A stretch of DNA of 64,000 nucleotides from an uncultured bacterium (GTDB lineage Bacteria; Krumholzibacteriota; Krumholzibacteriia; Krumholzibacteriales; Krumholzibacteriaceae). The stretch is taken from the NCBI GenBank assembly GCA_963813815.1, contig CAWFAD010000007.1, positions 1-64,000 of the forward strand, written 5' to 3'. The position numbers and the translations under genes were made by a program. The notes beneath the pieces are model-generated. The model was not told the DNA's origin, ran no database searches, and saw nothing but the letters and a program-made list of their open reading frames with translations. Of the stretch, positions 37,897-46,959 are shown piece by piece (position 1 is the first letter of the stretch; every line of letters begins with the position of its first letter).

Positions 37897-38471
37897 AGCT
37901 CGCCGTGGAGCTCTGGGTCCGGCTGCGGGTCATCGACCTCGTGGCGCAGACGGCGCGCATCACGCTCACGGACAAGCTCGATTTCGGCGGGCGGCTCCGC
38001 GGGCTTCAGCACTACTGGTACTGGGCGATGGACGCCGAGGGGGATCGGGCGCGCGAGGTTCTCGACGAAATCGATCGCGCGATCCGTCTCGACAGCGCCT
38101 TCACGAATCCGAACAAGCACGTCTACCGGCTCGCCGCCGGCGCGGAACCGCCGCGCGGCGATCTCGCCCTCGAGCGCGACTATCCGGTCGAGGGCGGGAC
38201 GGCGGGGCTCTTCGCCGTCGATTGCCTCGTGCGCGAGCGCCGCTCCGACCGCGAGGCCGGGTATGAGGCGCGGCTCGGCGCGAGGCTCCGCGGGGCGGCG
38301 GTGTCGAACATGAGGCACGGCGAGGTCTGGCGGATCGTCGTGAGCGAGCCGTCGGAGAGCTCGGCTCTCGCGGAGGCGGAACGGATGCTCGTGAGCCGCT
38401 CTCGGCGCGAGGGATTGCTCCTCAATCCGCACTACCAGCGGTACGAGGTTATCGGAACGAGGCGGCTGTGA
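37893..38471 (+). CDS. Double-length PurS-like protein (two tandem PurS-like domains)
   Basis: GGAGG RBS, ATGA overlap with purQ; between purQ and purF; halves end FTNPNKHVY and LLNPHYQRY, echoing PurS LANPVIEDY. Confidence 0.65.
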   Translation: MKLAVELWVRLRVIDLVAQTARITLTDKLDFGGRLRGLQHYWYWAMDAEGDRAREVLDEIDRAIRLDSAFTNPNKHVYRLAAGAEPPRGDLALERDYPVEGGTAGLFAVDCLVRERRSDREAGYEARLGARLRGAAVSNMRHGEVWRIVVSEPSESSALAEAERMLVSRSRREGLLLNPHYQRYEVIGTRRL

Positions 38472-38541
38472 CGGGCGAACGCCGTCCCGGAGCGCTCCCC
38501 CCTCGGGAGGGTTCGCGGCGGCGGAAAGGACGAGACACGCA

Positions 38542-39959
38542 GTGAAGCTCAAGGAAGAATGCGCGGTGTTCGGATGCCACGGGACGGCCGAGGCGGCCTC
38601 GATCGCGTACCTCGGGCTCTACGCGCTCCAGCACCGCGGACAGGAGAGCACCGGCATCATCACGTCCGACGGCTCGCGGATCTACGAGCATCGCGATCTC
38701 GGTCTCGTCTCGAAGGTGTACACCGCCGAGACGCTCGCCGGCTTGCGGGGGCACATGAGCATCGGACACAACCGCTACTCGACGACGGGTCTCACGAGCG
38801 AGGCCAACATGCAACCGATGCTCGTCGACTGCAAGATCGGCCCGATCGCCGTCGCGCACAACGGCAACATCGTCAACGCCGTCGAGCTCCGGCGCGAGAT
38901 GGAGCTCGACGGATCGATCTTCCGGAGCACCACGGACAGCGAAGTCGTCCTCCATCTCATCGCCCGGAGCCGCCGCTCCTCCCTCGAGGAGATGATCGCG
39001 GACGCGCTCTCGCGGGTCCGGGGGCCTTCTCGCTCGTTTTTCTCACGAAGGACCGGGTGATCGCCGCGCGCGACCCGCACGGCTTCCGTCCGCTCTGTCT
39101 CGGCCGTCTCGGCGACGCGCACGTCGTGGCGTCCGAGAGCTGCGCCTTCGACATCATCGGCGCAGCGTACCAGCGCGAGGTGGCCCCGGGCGAGCTCTGC
39201 GTCCTCGGGGACGGCGGTCCGCAGTTCCTGCGGTGGAGCGAGCCGGCGAGGAAGCTCAACCGGTGCATTTTCGAGTTCATCTACTTCTCTCGCCCCGACA
39301 GCCGCGTGTTCGGGGAGAACGTCGACAAGGTCCGCCGCAAGCTCGGGCGCCGTCTCGCCGCCGAGTCGTCCGTCGACGCGGACATCGTGATCGCGGTGCC
39401 CGACTCGAGCAACACGATCGCGCTCGGATACGCCGAGGCTTCGCGGTTGCCGTTCGAGCTCGGCCTCATCCGCAACCACTACGTCGGGCGCACCTTCATC
39501 CAGCCGCGGCAGGTGCTGCGGGACTGGGACGTGCGGATCAAGTTCAACCCCGTCAGGGGCGTGCTCAAGGGCAGGCGGGTCGTCGTGGTCGACGACTCGA
39601 TCGTGCGCGGCTCGACGATGCGCAAGCTCGTATCCATCATTCGGCAGGGCGGCGCCTCCGAGATTCACCTGCGCATCGGCTCTCCGCCCATCACTCATTC
39701 GTGCTTCTACGGCATCGACACGCCGACGCGCGGCGAGCTCATCGCATCGAGCCACTCGGTCGAGGATATCCGCTCGTACCTCGGCGTCGAAAGCCTTCAC
39801 TATCTTTCCACCGAGGGGCTGCTCTCGTGCGTCGAGGATCCGGACAACTACTGCGTCGCCTGCTTCACGGGCGACTACCCGATCGATCCGTCGGAAGGTA
39901 CGAACAAAACTGTGTTCGAGCGGCGGAGCGGGTGCGGCGACGGCTTCGAGGACGCGTAG
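38542..39959 (+). CDS. purF: Amidophosphoribosyltransferase; apparent single-base deletion in G run 39020-39024
   Basis: Frame 1: KEECAVFG, LQHRGQE, GHNRYST, AHNGN. Frame 2: RDPHGFRPL, CIFEFIYFSRPDS, VDDSIVRGST, CFYGID, CVACFTGDYP. One extra G restores RVRGAFSL. Confidence 0.95.
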
Positions 39960-39980
39960 AGAGGGTTCCCGGGGAGACGG

Positions 39981-42620
39981 ATGTCGAACGCGGATCATAG
40001 CGCCGGGACTCTCGCCGATTCGTTCGCGTCGCGCGCCCTCCATCCGCTCGTCGAGCGTCCGTCGCGCTACTCGGATTGCGAGCTCAACCTCTCGAGCCCG
40101 GGCTGGGGCGAGGGCCGCTTCAACGTGCTCCTCGTTTTCCCCGACGCCTACGAGATCGGCGCCTCCCATCAGGGAATCCGTTTCCTCTACCACCGGCTCG
40201 CGGCGATGCCGGGGGTGGGAGTCGAGTTCGCGTTCGCGCCCTGGCCCGACGCCGAGCGGCTCATGCGGGCCACGGGGGAGCCGCTCCGCTCGCTCGCGAC
40301 CCTCACGCCGGCGCGGCGGTTCGATCTCATCGGTTTCTCCGTCATGTACGAGCTCCATTACACCAACATCCTCGCGATGCTCGACCTCGCCGGGCTCGAT
40401 CTCGAGGCCTCGCGGCGCGGCGGGCGGGATCCGATCGTCGTGGCGGGCGGGGCCTGCTGCACGAACCCGCTGCCGTTCTTTCCCGCCGTCGACGCCGTGT
40501 TTCTCGGCGACGCGGAGGATTCCCTCGCCGAGGCGGTCGGGGCGCTCGTTCCCCTCGCCGCGGCCGGGGCGGCGCGAGCGGACCGGATCGAGGCGCTCGC
40601 CGGGATCGCGGGCGTGGCCGTCCGCGGCGCCTCCGCCCCGGTGAAGACGCGCACCCACCGCTTCGAGCCGGACGATCTCCCGCGGCGCCCCATCGTTCCC
40701 GTATCCGACATCGTGCATCAGCGCCTCTCGATCGAGATCATGCGGGGCTGCGCGCGGGGGTGCCGCTTCTGCCACGCGGGAATGTTCTACCGGCCGTGCC
40801 GCGAGCGGACGGTGGACGAAATCGTGGAGGCCGTTCGCGAGGGCCTCGACGCGACGGGCTGGGACGAGGTGTCGCTGCTGTCGCTTTCGACCTCGGACTA
40901 CTCGCGGCTCGGCGAGCTCCTCGCGCGCCTCGTGCCGGAGCTCGAGCGGCGGAGGGTGTCGCTCGCCCTGCCGAGCCTTCGCCCCGAGACGATCACGGAC
41001 GAAATCGTCTCGGCGTCGGGCGTCGTGGGGCGCTCCGGATTCACGATCGCGCCGGAGGCGGGGACGGAGAGGCTGCGGCGCGTCGTCCGGAAGGATTTCA
41101 GCGACGGGGAGATCGTCGAGGGGGCGCGCACGATTCTCGCCGCGGGCTGGCAGAGCCTCAAGCTCTACTTCATGATCGGGCTCCCGACCGAGACGGAGCG
41201 CGATCTCGACGGCGTCGCGGATCTCGTCGAGGCGATACTGGCTCTGCCGCGAAGCCGCGGCCGGTTCAGTCTCGGCGTTTCGATCTCTCCCTTCGTGCCG
41301 AAGGCGCACACGCCCTTCCAGTGGGAGCGCCAGTGCACGATGGAGGAGATCCGGGCGAAGCAGCGGTATCTCGCCTCGCGCGTCAAGGGCAGATTCGTGA
41401 GCCTCTCGCAGCGCGCCCCCGAGGTGAGCGCCCTCGAGGGCGCGCTCGCGCGCGGCGACGGCCGCCTCTGGCCGGCGCTGCGGCGCGCGTTCGAGCTCGG
41501 CTGCCGCTTCGACGGCTGGGGGGACCGGCTGCGGTTCGACCTCTGGGAGCGCGCTCTCGGCGAGGTGGGGCTCTCGCTCGAGGAGCTCGCCGCGGCGCGT
41601 CCGGTCGACGAGCCTCTGCCGTGGGATTTTCTCGAGCTGCACGGCACGAAGGGCATGCTCCGTAAGGAGCGGGATCTGGCGTTCGCCGCGGGCTCATGCG
41701 CGCCGGCGGACGGGACGGAGGGCGGAAAGGGAGACCTGGGGGCGGGCGCCCCGCCGCGCCCCGGCGCGCGATTCGAGATCCGCATGCCGGTTTCCGTCCC
41801 CCGGGCCGGGCCGCATTTCCGTTACCGGTTTCTCTACGAGAAGACGGGGCGCGTGCGTTTTCTCTCGCACATCGAGACGCTCAACGTCCTCCAGCGCGCG
41901 CTGAGGCGCTCGGGTCTTCCCGTGGCCTTCAGCGAGGGGTTCCACCCGCATCCGCGGATATCCGCGGGGCCTTCGCTCGCCGTCGGCATGGAGGGGCTCG
42001 GCGAGTTTCTGGACGTCGAACTCTCCTCGCCGGCGCGCTGCGAGAGCGAGGCGCTCGGACGAGGCCTCCCCGAGGGTATGCGCGTCATCGCGTGCGCCGG
42101 TCCGTTCACGAAAGGGGGCGGCAAGCTGCCCTCCTCGGTGCGGTTCCGGTTCCTCGTCGACTTCGCCGTGCTCCGGAGGCTTCTCGCGGCGGCGGGCGCG
42201 GCGCCGCCCGCGCCCTCGGCGGAGTCGACGGAAATATTGTGCGGCGACGAGCGTATGTGGTATTTTCTCGGGAGCGAGCTCGCGGTCGCCGGCGTGCCCG
42301 GCCTCTTCGAAGACGGAGCGCCGGTCGATCCGGCGGCCGCGTTCGAGGCCCTCTGGGGGCGCATGTTCGAGGAAGGAGCCGCCCTCGCGACGGAGAAGGG
42401 CGCGGAGCGCCGCTGCCGCGATTGCTCGGTGCGGACCGCCGGTCCCGGGGCGCTCGAGCTCGTGCTCCCGGGCGGCGAAGGCGGAGTGCGCCCGCAGGAT
42501 CTCTTAATGGCGTTGTTGCCGAAGAATCTCGCTTCACTCGCGATGATTCGGAGGCTCGAGATACAATACCAGACCGATTCGGGCTGGAAAAGCCCACTGG
42601 AGTTGGTTCAATACGCATGA
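39981..42620 (+). CDS. TIGR03960-type radical SAM protein fused to TIGR03936/DUF2344 domain
   Basis: FPDAYEIGASH, EIMRGCARGCRFC, TIAPEAG, KLYFMIGLPTE, FVPKAHTPFQW; then RFLSHIE..FSEGFHPHPRIS. Confidence 0.9.
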   Translation: MSNADHSAGTLADSFASRALHPLVERPSRYSDCELNLSSPGWGEGRFNVLLVFPDAYEIGASHQGIRFLYHRLAAMPGVGVEFAFAPWPDAERLMRATGEPLRSLATLTPARRFDLIGFSVMYELHYTNILAMLDLAGLDLEASRRGGRDPIVVAGGACCTNPLPFFPAVDAVFLGDAEDSLAEAVGALVPLAAAGAARADRIEALAGIAGVAVRGASAPVKTRTHRFEPDDLPRRPIVPVSDIVHQRLSIEIMRGCARGCRFCHAGMFYRPCRERTVDEIVEAVREGLDATGWDEVSLLSLSTSDYSRLGELLARLVPELERRRVSLALPSLRPETITDEIVSASGVVGRSGFTIAPEAGTERLRRVVRKDFSDGEIVEGARTILAAGWQSLKLYFMIGLPTETERDLDGVADLVEAILALPRSRGRFSLGVSISPFVPKAHTPFQWERQCTMEEIRAKQRYLASRVKGRFVSLSQRAPEVSALEGALARGDGRLWPALRRAFELGCRFDGWGDRLRFDLWERALGEVGLSLEELAAARPVDEPLPWDFLELHGTKGMLRKERDLAFAAGSCAPADGTEGGKGDLGAGAPPRPGARFEIRMPVSVPRAGPHFRYRFLYEKTGRVRFLSHIETLNVLQRALRRSGLPVAFSEGFHPHPRISAGPSLAVGMEGLGEFLDVELSSPARCESEALGRGLPEGMRVIACAGPFTKGGGKLPSSVRFRFLVDFAVLRRLLAAAGAAPPAPSAESTEILCGDERMWYFLGSELAVAGVPGLFEDGAPVDPAAAFEALWGRMFEEGAALATEKGAERRCRDCSVRTAGPGALELVLPGGEGGVRPQDLLMALLPKNLASLAMIRRLEIQYQTDSGWKSPLELVQYA

Positions 42621-42697
42621 GACCACGATCGAGACGGCATAGGAGGCCGCGAGAGGCGGCCGACGCGTCGGTTTCCAGCAAGGAAGCCCGGCGCGCG

Positions 42698-44218
42698 ATG
42701 AAGACGCAGATTCTCATCAACTTTACGCCCCGCGAGGTCAGAATCGCGATCATGGAGGATCGCGAGCTCGTCGAGTTTCTCATCGAGCGCGAGGACAGCC
42801 GCCGGACCGTCGGGGACGTGTATCTCGGCCGCGTCACGGCCGTCATCCCCGGCATTCAGGCCGCGTTCGTCGACATCGGCCAGGAGAAGGCGGCGTTCCT
42901 CCACGTGAGCGACGTGACGACCGGGGCGATCGATCCGGAGTTCCTCGACGAGGACGATCGCGACACGCAGAAGCGCGGCGAGCTGCCGCCGATCGAGAAT
43001 CTCCTCAAAAAGGGCCAGGACATCCTCGTCCAGGTCCGCAAGGAAGCGATCGGCACGAAGGGGCCCCGCATCTCGAGCGAGATCTCGCTCCCCGGCCGCT
43101 ACGCCGTCCTCATGCCCGGGCTCGACCACATCGGCGTGAGCAAGCGCATCGACGACCGGCGCGAGAGATCGCGTCTCAAGCAGATCGTGAAAAAATACCG
43201 CCCCGAGGGGGCGGCGATCATCGTCCGCACGGCGGGAGAGGGCGCGAGCGAAGAGCAGCTCCGCGACGACATCAAGTACCTCGAGAAGCTCGCGGCGGAG
43301 CTCAAGGAAAAGGTCGAGAAGGCCACGCCCCCCTCGATCATCCACGAGGACGTCGATCTCACCATCTTCGCCCTTCGCGACATCCTCACCGAAGAGGTCG
43401 AGTCGATCATCGTCGACAACCAGGTGGAGTTCGAGCGGCTGCGCGGATATCTGCGCACCTTCGCGCCCGACGTGGCGAACCGCATGCGGATGTACGAAGA
43501 AAAGACGCCGATATTCGATTTCTACGACATCGAAAGCGACATCGAGAAGATCCTCGAAAGCAAGATCTGGCTCAAGAAGGGCGGCTACATCGTGATCGAG
43601 CACACCGAGGCGCTCGTCACGATCGACGTCAACACGGGCCGTTTCGTCGGCAAGCGCGATCAGGAGGAGACGATTCTCGAGACCAACCTCCTCGCCGCGA
43701 AGGAGATCGCGCGCCAGCTCCGGCTTCGCGACATCGGCGGGATCATCGTCGTCGATTTCATCGACATGGAGGTGGAGGAGAACCGGCGCAAGGTCTACAA
43801 CGAGTTCCGCAACCTCCTTCGGAAGGACCGCTCGCGCGTGCGCGTCTACCCGATGAGCGATCTCGGCATCATCGAGGTGAGCCGCAAGCGCGTGCGCCCG
43901 AGCCTGCTCCACTACTTCAGCGAGGAATGCCCGTACTGCACGGGCAGGGGCAAGGTGCTGAGCCTCGAGTCGATGGCGATGAAGATCGAGCAGTGGATCC
44001 GCCGCATCGGCGCCCGGAAAAAAGAGCGCGGGATACTCTTCAAGCTCAATCCCGTCATCGGGCTCTACCTCCGCGAAGAGCGCGCCGACAATCTCACCGA
44101 GCTCGCCAACACCTACCGCCTGCGCGTCGAGATCGTCGACGACCCGCGCCTCCACCGCGAGGAGTACGAGATCTTCTCGCTCGATGGAGACCGGAACCTG
44201 AAGGCGCAGTTCGAGTAG
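42698..44218 (+). CDS. rng: Ribonuclease E/G family
   Basis: VGDVYLGRV, AAFVDIG, IGTKGPR, EALVTIDVNTG, RQLRLRDIGGIIVVDFIDM, CPYCTG; ATG 42617 is a possible earlier start. Confidence 0.93.
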   Translation: MKTQILINFTPREVRIAIMEDRELVEFLIEREDSRRTVGDVYLGRVTAVIPGIQAAFVDIGQEKAAFLHVSDVTTGAIDPEFLDEDDRDTQKRGELPPIENLLKKGQDILVQVRKEAIGTKGPRISSEISLPGRYAVLMPGLDHIGVSKRIDDRRERSRLKQIVKKYRPEGAAIIVRTAGEGASEEQLRDDIKYLEKLAAELKEKVEKATPPSIIHEDVDLTIFALRDILTEEVESIIVDNQVEFERLRGYLRTFAPDVANRMRMYEEKTPIFDFYDIESDIEKILESKIWLKKGGYIVIEHTEALVTIDVNTGRFVGKRDQEETILETNLLAAKEIARQLRLRDIGGIIVVDFIDMEVEENRRKVYNEFRNLLRKDRSRVRVYPMSDLGIIEVSRKRVRPSLLHYFSEECPYCTGRGKVLSLESMAMKIEQWIRRIGARKKERGILFKLNPVIGLYLREERADNLTELANTYRLRVEIVDDPRLHREEYEIFSLDGDRNLKAQFE

Positions 44219-44303
44219 GCGCCGGACCGGCCGCGGGCCGGCAGGAGAGCCTCGGTTTTACACCCCTTTCGCCAATCTTTTGGCAGGTGTTGAAGTTGTC
44301 ATT

Positions 44304-44333
44304 TTATCGATAATAATATATCGATTATCAATA
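44304..44333. promoter_or_regulatory. AT-rich operator-like palindromes upstream of DUF2975-XRE pair
   Basis: TTATCGATAA (perfect, 44304-44313) and TATCGATTATCAATA (imperfect, 44319-44333) just before the -35. Confidence 0.55.
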
Positions 44334-44341
44334 AATAATAT

Positions 44342-44370
44342 TTGACAAGCGATATCTTTCATGGCATACT
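44342..44370 (+). promoter_or_regulatory. Sigma70-type promoter
   Basis: TTGACA-17 nt-CATACT with extended -10 TG and AT-rich upstream region. Confidence 0.8.
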
Positions 44371-44487
44371 CTCCATGAGTGACGGCAGTCGCCGCGGGGG
44401 TTTCGCCCGAAACCGCGGGGCTCCGAAACCAGCAACGAAATGGCGGCGACCGCCCCAGCCCCCGGTGGGCGGCCCAAGGAGGTTGTC

Positions 44488-45138
44488 ATGAAGCCCGGAG
44501 GCCTTCGTCCCGTGACGGGAGTCGTGCGGGCGGGGATCTACCTCGCCTTTGCCTTGAGCATCGTCGCGCTACTCTATATCGCCGGGACGTTCGTGTACGC
44601 TCTCACGCACGCCGGCGATCTCGGCGTCGACATCGCGACGAACGTGTACCGGATGCCGGCGTTCGAGGAGCGGATCGGCGAAAGAGTCTTCGAGTCCGGA
44701 ACCGGCGCGGTGAGGTTCCGTCTCCAGGAGATCCACGCGGCGTTCACGTGGCTCAACATGCCGCGGAAGATCGTTTTCGCCGTTTACTTCCAGCTGTTCA
44801 TCCTGTGGCTGCTCTTCTTCATCGGCGTGCGGGAGCTCGCGAACGTTTTCGAGGACGTGGGCGCGGGCAAACCGTTCGTTCGCGAGAACGCGCGGCGGCT
44901 GCGCGTCGTCGGCCTCTGCATGGCCGGGGGCGGCATTTTCAAGATCCTGTTCATGGTCGTGTCGACCGTCGTCTTTTACGACGACGTCATGATACCGGGA
45001 GCGCGGCTGTCGTGGCGCCTGCTCGCCGCCGGGGACCCCAATCTCGGGTTCATTTTCGGCGGATTGGTCGTGCTCGCCGTCTCCGAGGTGTTTCGTCACG
45101 GCAACGCTCTCCAGGAAGAGCAGAGTCTCACGGTTTGA
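44488..45138 (+). CDS. DUF2975-type membrane protein
   Basis: AAGGAGG RBS; four hydrophobic segments, PFVRENARRLR, C-terminal VFRHGNALQEEQSLTV; precedes an HTH gene. Confidence 0.8.
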   Translation: MKPGGLRPVTGVVRAGIYLAFALSIVALLYIAGTFVYALTHAGDLGVDIATNVYRMPAFEERIGERVFESGTGAVRFRLQEIHAAFTWLNMPRKIVFAVYFQLFILWLLFFIGVRELANVFEDVGAGKPFVRENARRLRVVGLCMAGGGIFKILFMVVSTVVFYDDVMIPGARLSWRLLAAGDPNLGFIFGGLVVLAVSEVFRHGNALQEEQSLTV

Positions 45139-45145
45139 GGTGGCC

Positions 45146-45394
45146 ATGCCAATCATAGTGAATCTCGACGTGGAGCTCGCGAAACGAAAGATGAAGCTCA
45201 CCGACCTCGCCGAACGGGTCGGCATCACGATCGCGAACCTCTCGATCCTCAAACAGGGGCACGCGCGCGCGATTCGGTTCTCGACCCTCGATGCGATTTG
45301 CCGGGAGCTCGGTTGCCAGCCGGGGGATATACTGGAGCGCCGGGGGGAGGAGCCCGGGGGCGCGGGGGGCTCGGAGGGCCGAGAGCCCGCATGA
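45146..45394 (+). CDS. XRE/Cro-type HTH regulator (YozG-like)
   Basis: MPIIVNLDV.LAKRKM, GITIANLSILK, AIRFSTLDAIC..LGCQPGDIL. Confidence 0.92.
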   Translation: MPIIVNLDVELAKRKMKLTDLAERVGITIANLSILKQGHARAIRFSTLDAICRELGCQPGDILERRGEEPGGAGGSEGREPA

Positions 45395-45443
45395 GCCGCC
45401 GCGGCGGCGGTCTAACCGGTTGCCGCAATGAGGGTTTTTGCCC

Positions 45444-45472
45444 TTGACTTGGCATCCGCCGTTTGCTATCAA
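45444..45472 (+). promoter_or_regulatory. Sigma70-type promoter for rplU-rpmA
   Basis: TTGACT-17 nt-TATCAA with TG extension. Confidence 0.55.
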
Positions 45473-45506
45473 TATATCTCTTTTGGAACCTACGAGGAGG
45501 ATGCTC

Positions 45507-45818
45507 ATGTACGCGGTCGTTCGCGTTGCGGGAAAACAAATTATGGCGAGGCCCGACGAGGTCGTGGACGTGCCGCGTCTCGATGTCGAGGCCGGAAGTC
45601 TCATACGCTGCGACGAGGTCCTGGCGTACTCCGACGGCACGGAGGTCCGGGTGGGTCGGCCGCGGCTCGAGGGCATCAAGGTGGTCGGCGAGGTGCTCGG
45701 ACATCGGCGCGCCGACAAAATTCTCATGTACAAGATGCGGCGGCGCAAAGGGTATCGCAGAACCCAGGGACACGTTCAGGAATACACGCGCATCAGGATC
45801 AAGGAAATCTCGGCCTGA
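45507..45818 (+). CDS. rplU: 50S ribosomal protein L21
   Basis: MYAVVRVAGKQ, KMRRRKGYRRTQGH..YTRI. Confidence 0.95.
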   Translation: MYAVVRVAGKQIMARPDEVVDVPRLDVEAGSLIRCDEVLAYSDGTEVRVGRPRLEGIKVVGEVLGHRRADKILMYKMRRRKGYRRTQGHVQEYTRIRIKEISA

Positions 45819-45847
45819 CGGCCGCCTATCCGAGGAGTTGAGCCACC

Positions 45848-46102
45848 ATGGCGCATAAAAAAGGAGTCGGAAGCTCCAAGAACGGCCGCGACAGCAACGG
45901 CCAGCGGCTCGGTGTGAAGCGGTATTCCGGCCAGACGATCAACGCCGGGACAATCATCATACGCCAGCGCGGCACCCGGATCCATCCGGGCACGAACGTC
46001 GGCAAGGGCAAGGACGACACGCTCTTCGCGCTCGTCGACGGGGTCGTCACCTTCGAGCGGTTCGGACGTTCGAAGAAGCGCGTGAGCGTATACGGAAAAT
46101 AG
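45848..46102 (+). CDS. rpmA: 50S ribosomal protein L27
   Basis: [21 protein letters not shown]. Confidence 0.98.
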   Translation: MAHKKGVGSSKNGRDSNGQRLGVKRYSGQTINAGTIIIRQRGTRIHPGTNVGKGKDDTLFALVDGVVTFERFGRSKKRVSVYGK

Positions 46103-46128
46103 CTTTTTCTCCGGGCGGGGCGTATACT

Positions 46129-46177
46129 ATGGAGAACCGGGAACAGGACCTGTTCCAGCGTGTTCTCCATTTTTTTT
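46129..46177 (+). terminator. Terminator-like hairpin after rpmA
   Basis: atggagaac..ggaacagg-a-cctgttcc..gttctccat followed by a T run. Confidence 0.6.
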
Positions 46178-46191
46178 GCCGGGAGGAAATC

Positions 46192-46926
46192 ATGGGCGTG
46201 AAAGCGGCCCGGGCCGCCTGCGTCGCGGCGGCGCTCCTCGTCCCGGGAATCTCATTCGCGGGGGAATCGGCCATGAAAATCAAATATCTCGGCCACGCGG
46301 CGTTCGAGCTCGCGACCGCGGGCGGCGCGAGGATCGTCTTCGACCCCTACACGGCGGGCGCCTTCGGGACGCTCGATTACGGGGCGATCGAGGGGAAGTA
46401 CGACGTCGCCGTCACGAGCCACGACCACGCGGACCATACCTCGAAGGAGGTCCTCGCCCGCTCGAAGAACAAGGTGACGCAGGCGGGGAAAGCGACCTTC
46501 GGCGGCATCGTCGTCGAGTCGATCGCGACCTTCCATGACGAGTCGAAGGGCTCGAAGCGCGGAGCGAACCTCGTTTCGATCGTCGAGTGCGAAGGGCTGA
46601 GGGTGGCGCACCTCGGGGACCTCGGCCATGCAATAACGGCGGAGGAGTGCCCGGGGCTCGTGGGCGTGGACGTCATGATGATACCCGTCGGGGGCCATTT
46701 CACGATCGATGCCGCCGAAGCGGCGTCAATCGTGAAAACGTTCTCCCCGAAGATCGTGATCCCGATGCACTACAAGACGCCGAAGGCCGACTTTCCGATC
46801 CGGCCGGTGGAGGACTTCACGAAGCTCATGGAGCGGGTCGAGAAGGCGGGCGCGAGCGAGATCGAGATCAAGAAGGAAAAGCTCCCGGCGAAGACGACGG
46901 TCGTCGTCCTCGATCCGGCGAATTAG
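46192..46926 (+). CDS. Metallo-beta-lactamase-fold hydrolase, possibly with signal peptide
   Basis: KYLGHAAF, FDPY, SHDHADH, HLGDLG, IPVGG, IPMHY; GGAGG before ATG 46192; second start at 46273. Confidence 0.88.
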   Translation: MGVKAARAACVAAALLVPGISFAGESAMKIKYLGHAAFELATAGGARIVFDPYTAGAFGTLDYGAIEGKYDVAVTSHDHADHTSKEVLARSKNKVTQAGKATFGGIVVESIATFHDESKGSKRGANLVSIVECEGLRVAHLGDLGHAITAEECPGLVGVDVMMIPVGGHFTIDAAEAASIVKTFSPKIVIPMHYKTPKADFPIRPVEDFTKLMERVEKAGASEIEIKKEKLPAKTTVVVLDPAN

Positions 46927-46959
46927 TCACCGAGGACACCGCTGCAAGAGAGGTTGAAG

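Noticed and set aside
39015..39030. Programmed ribosomal frameshift in purF
   Set aside because: No canonical slippery heptamer or stimulator seen; same homopolymer pattern as purL, so error is more parsimonious
38775..41642. 955-aa minus-strand ORF
   Set aside because: Antisense shadow of purF and the radical SAM gene
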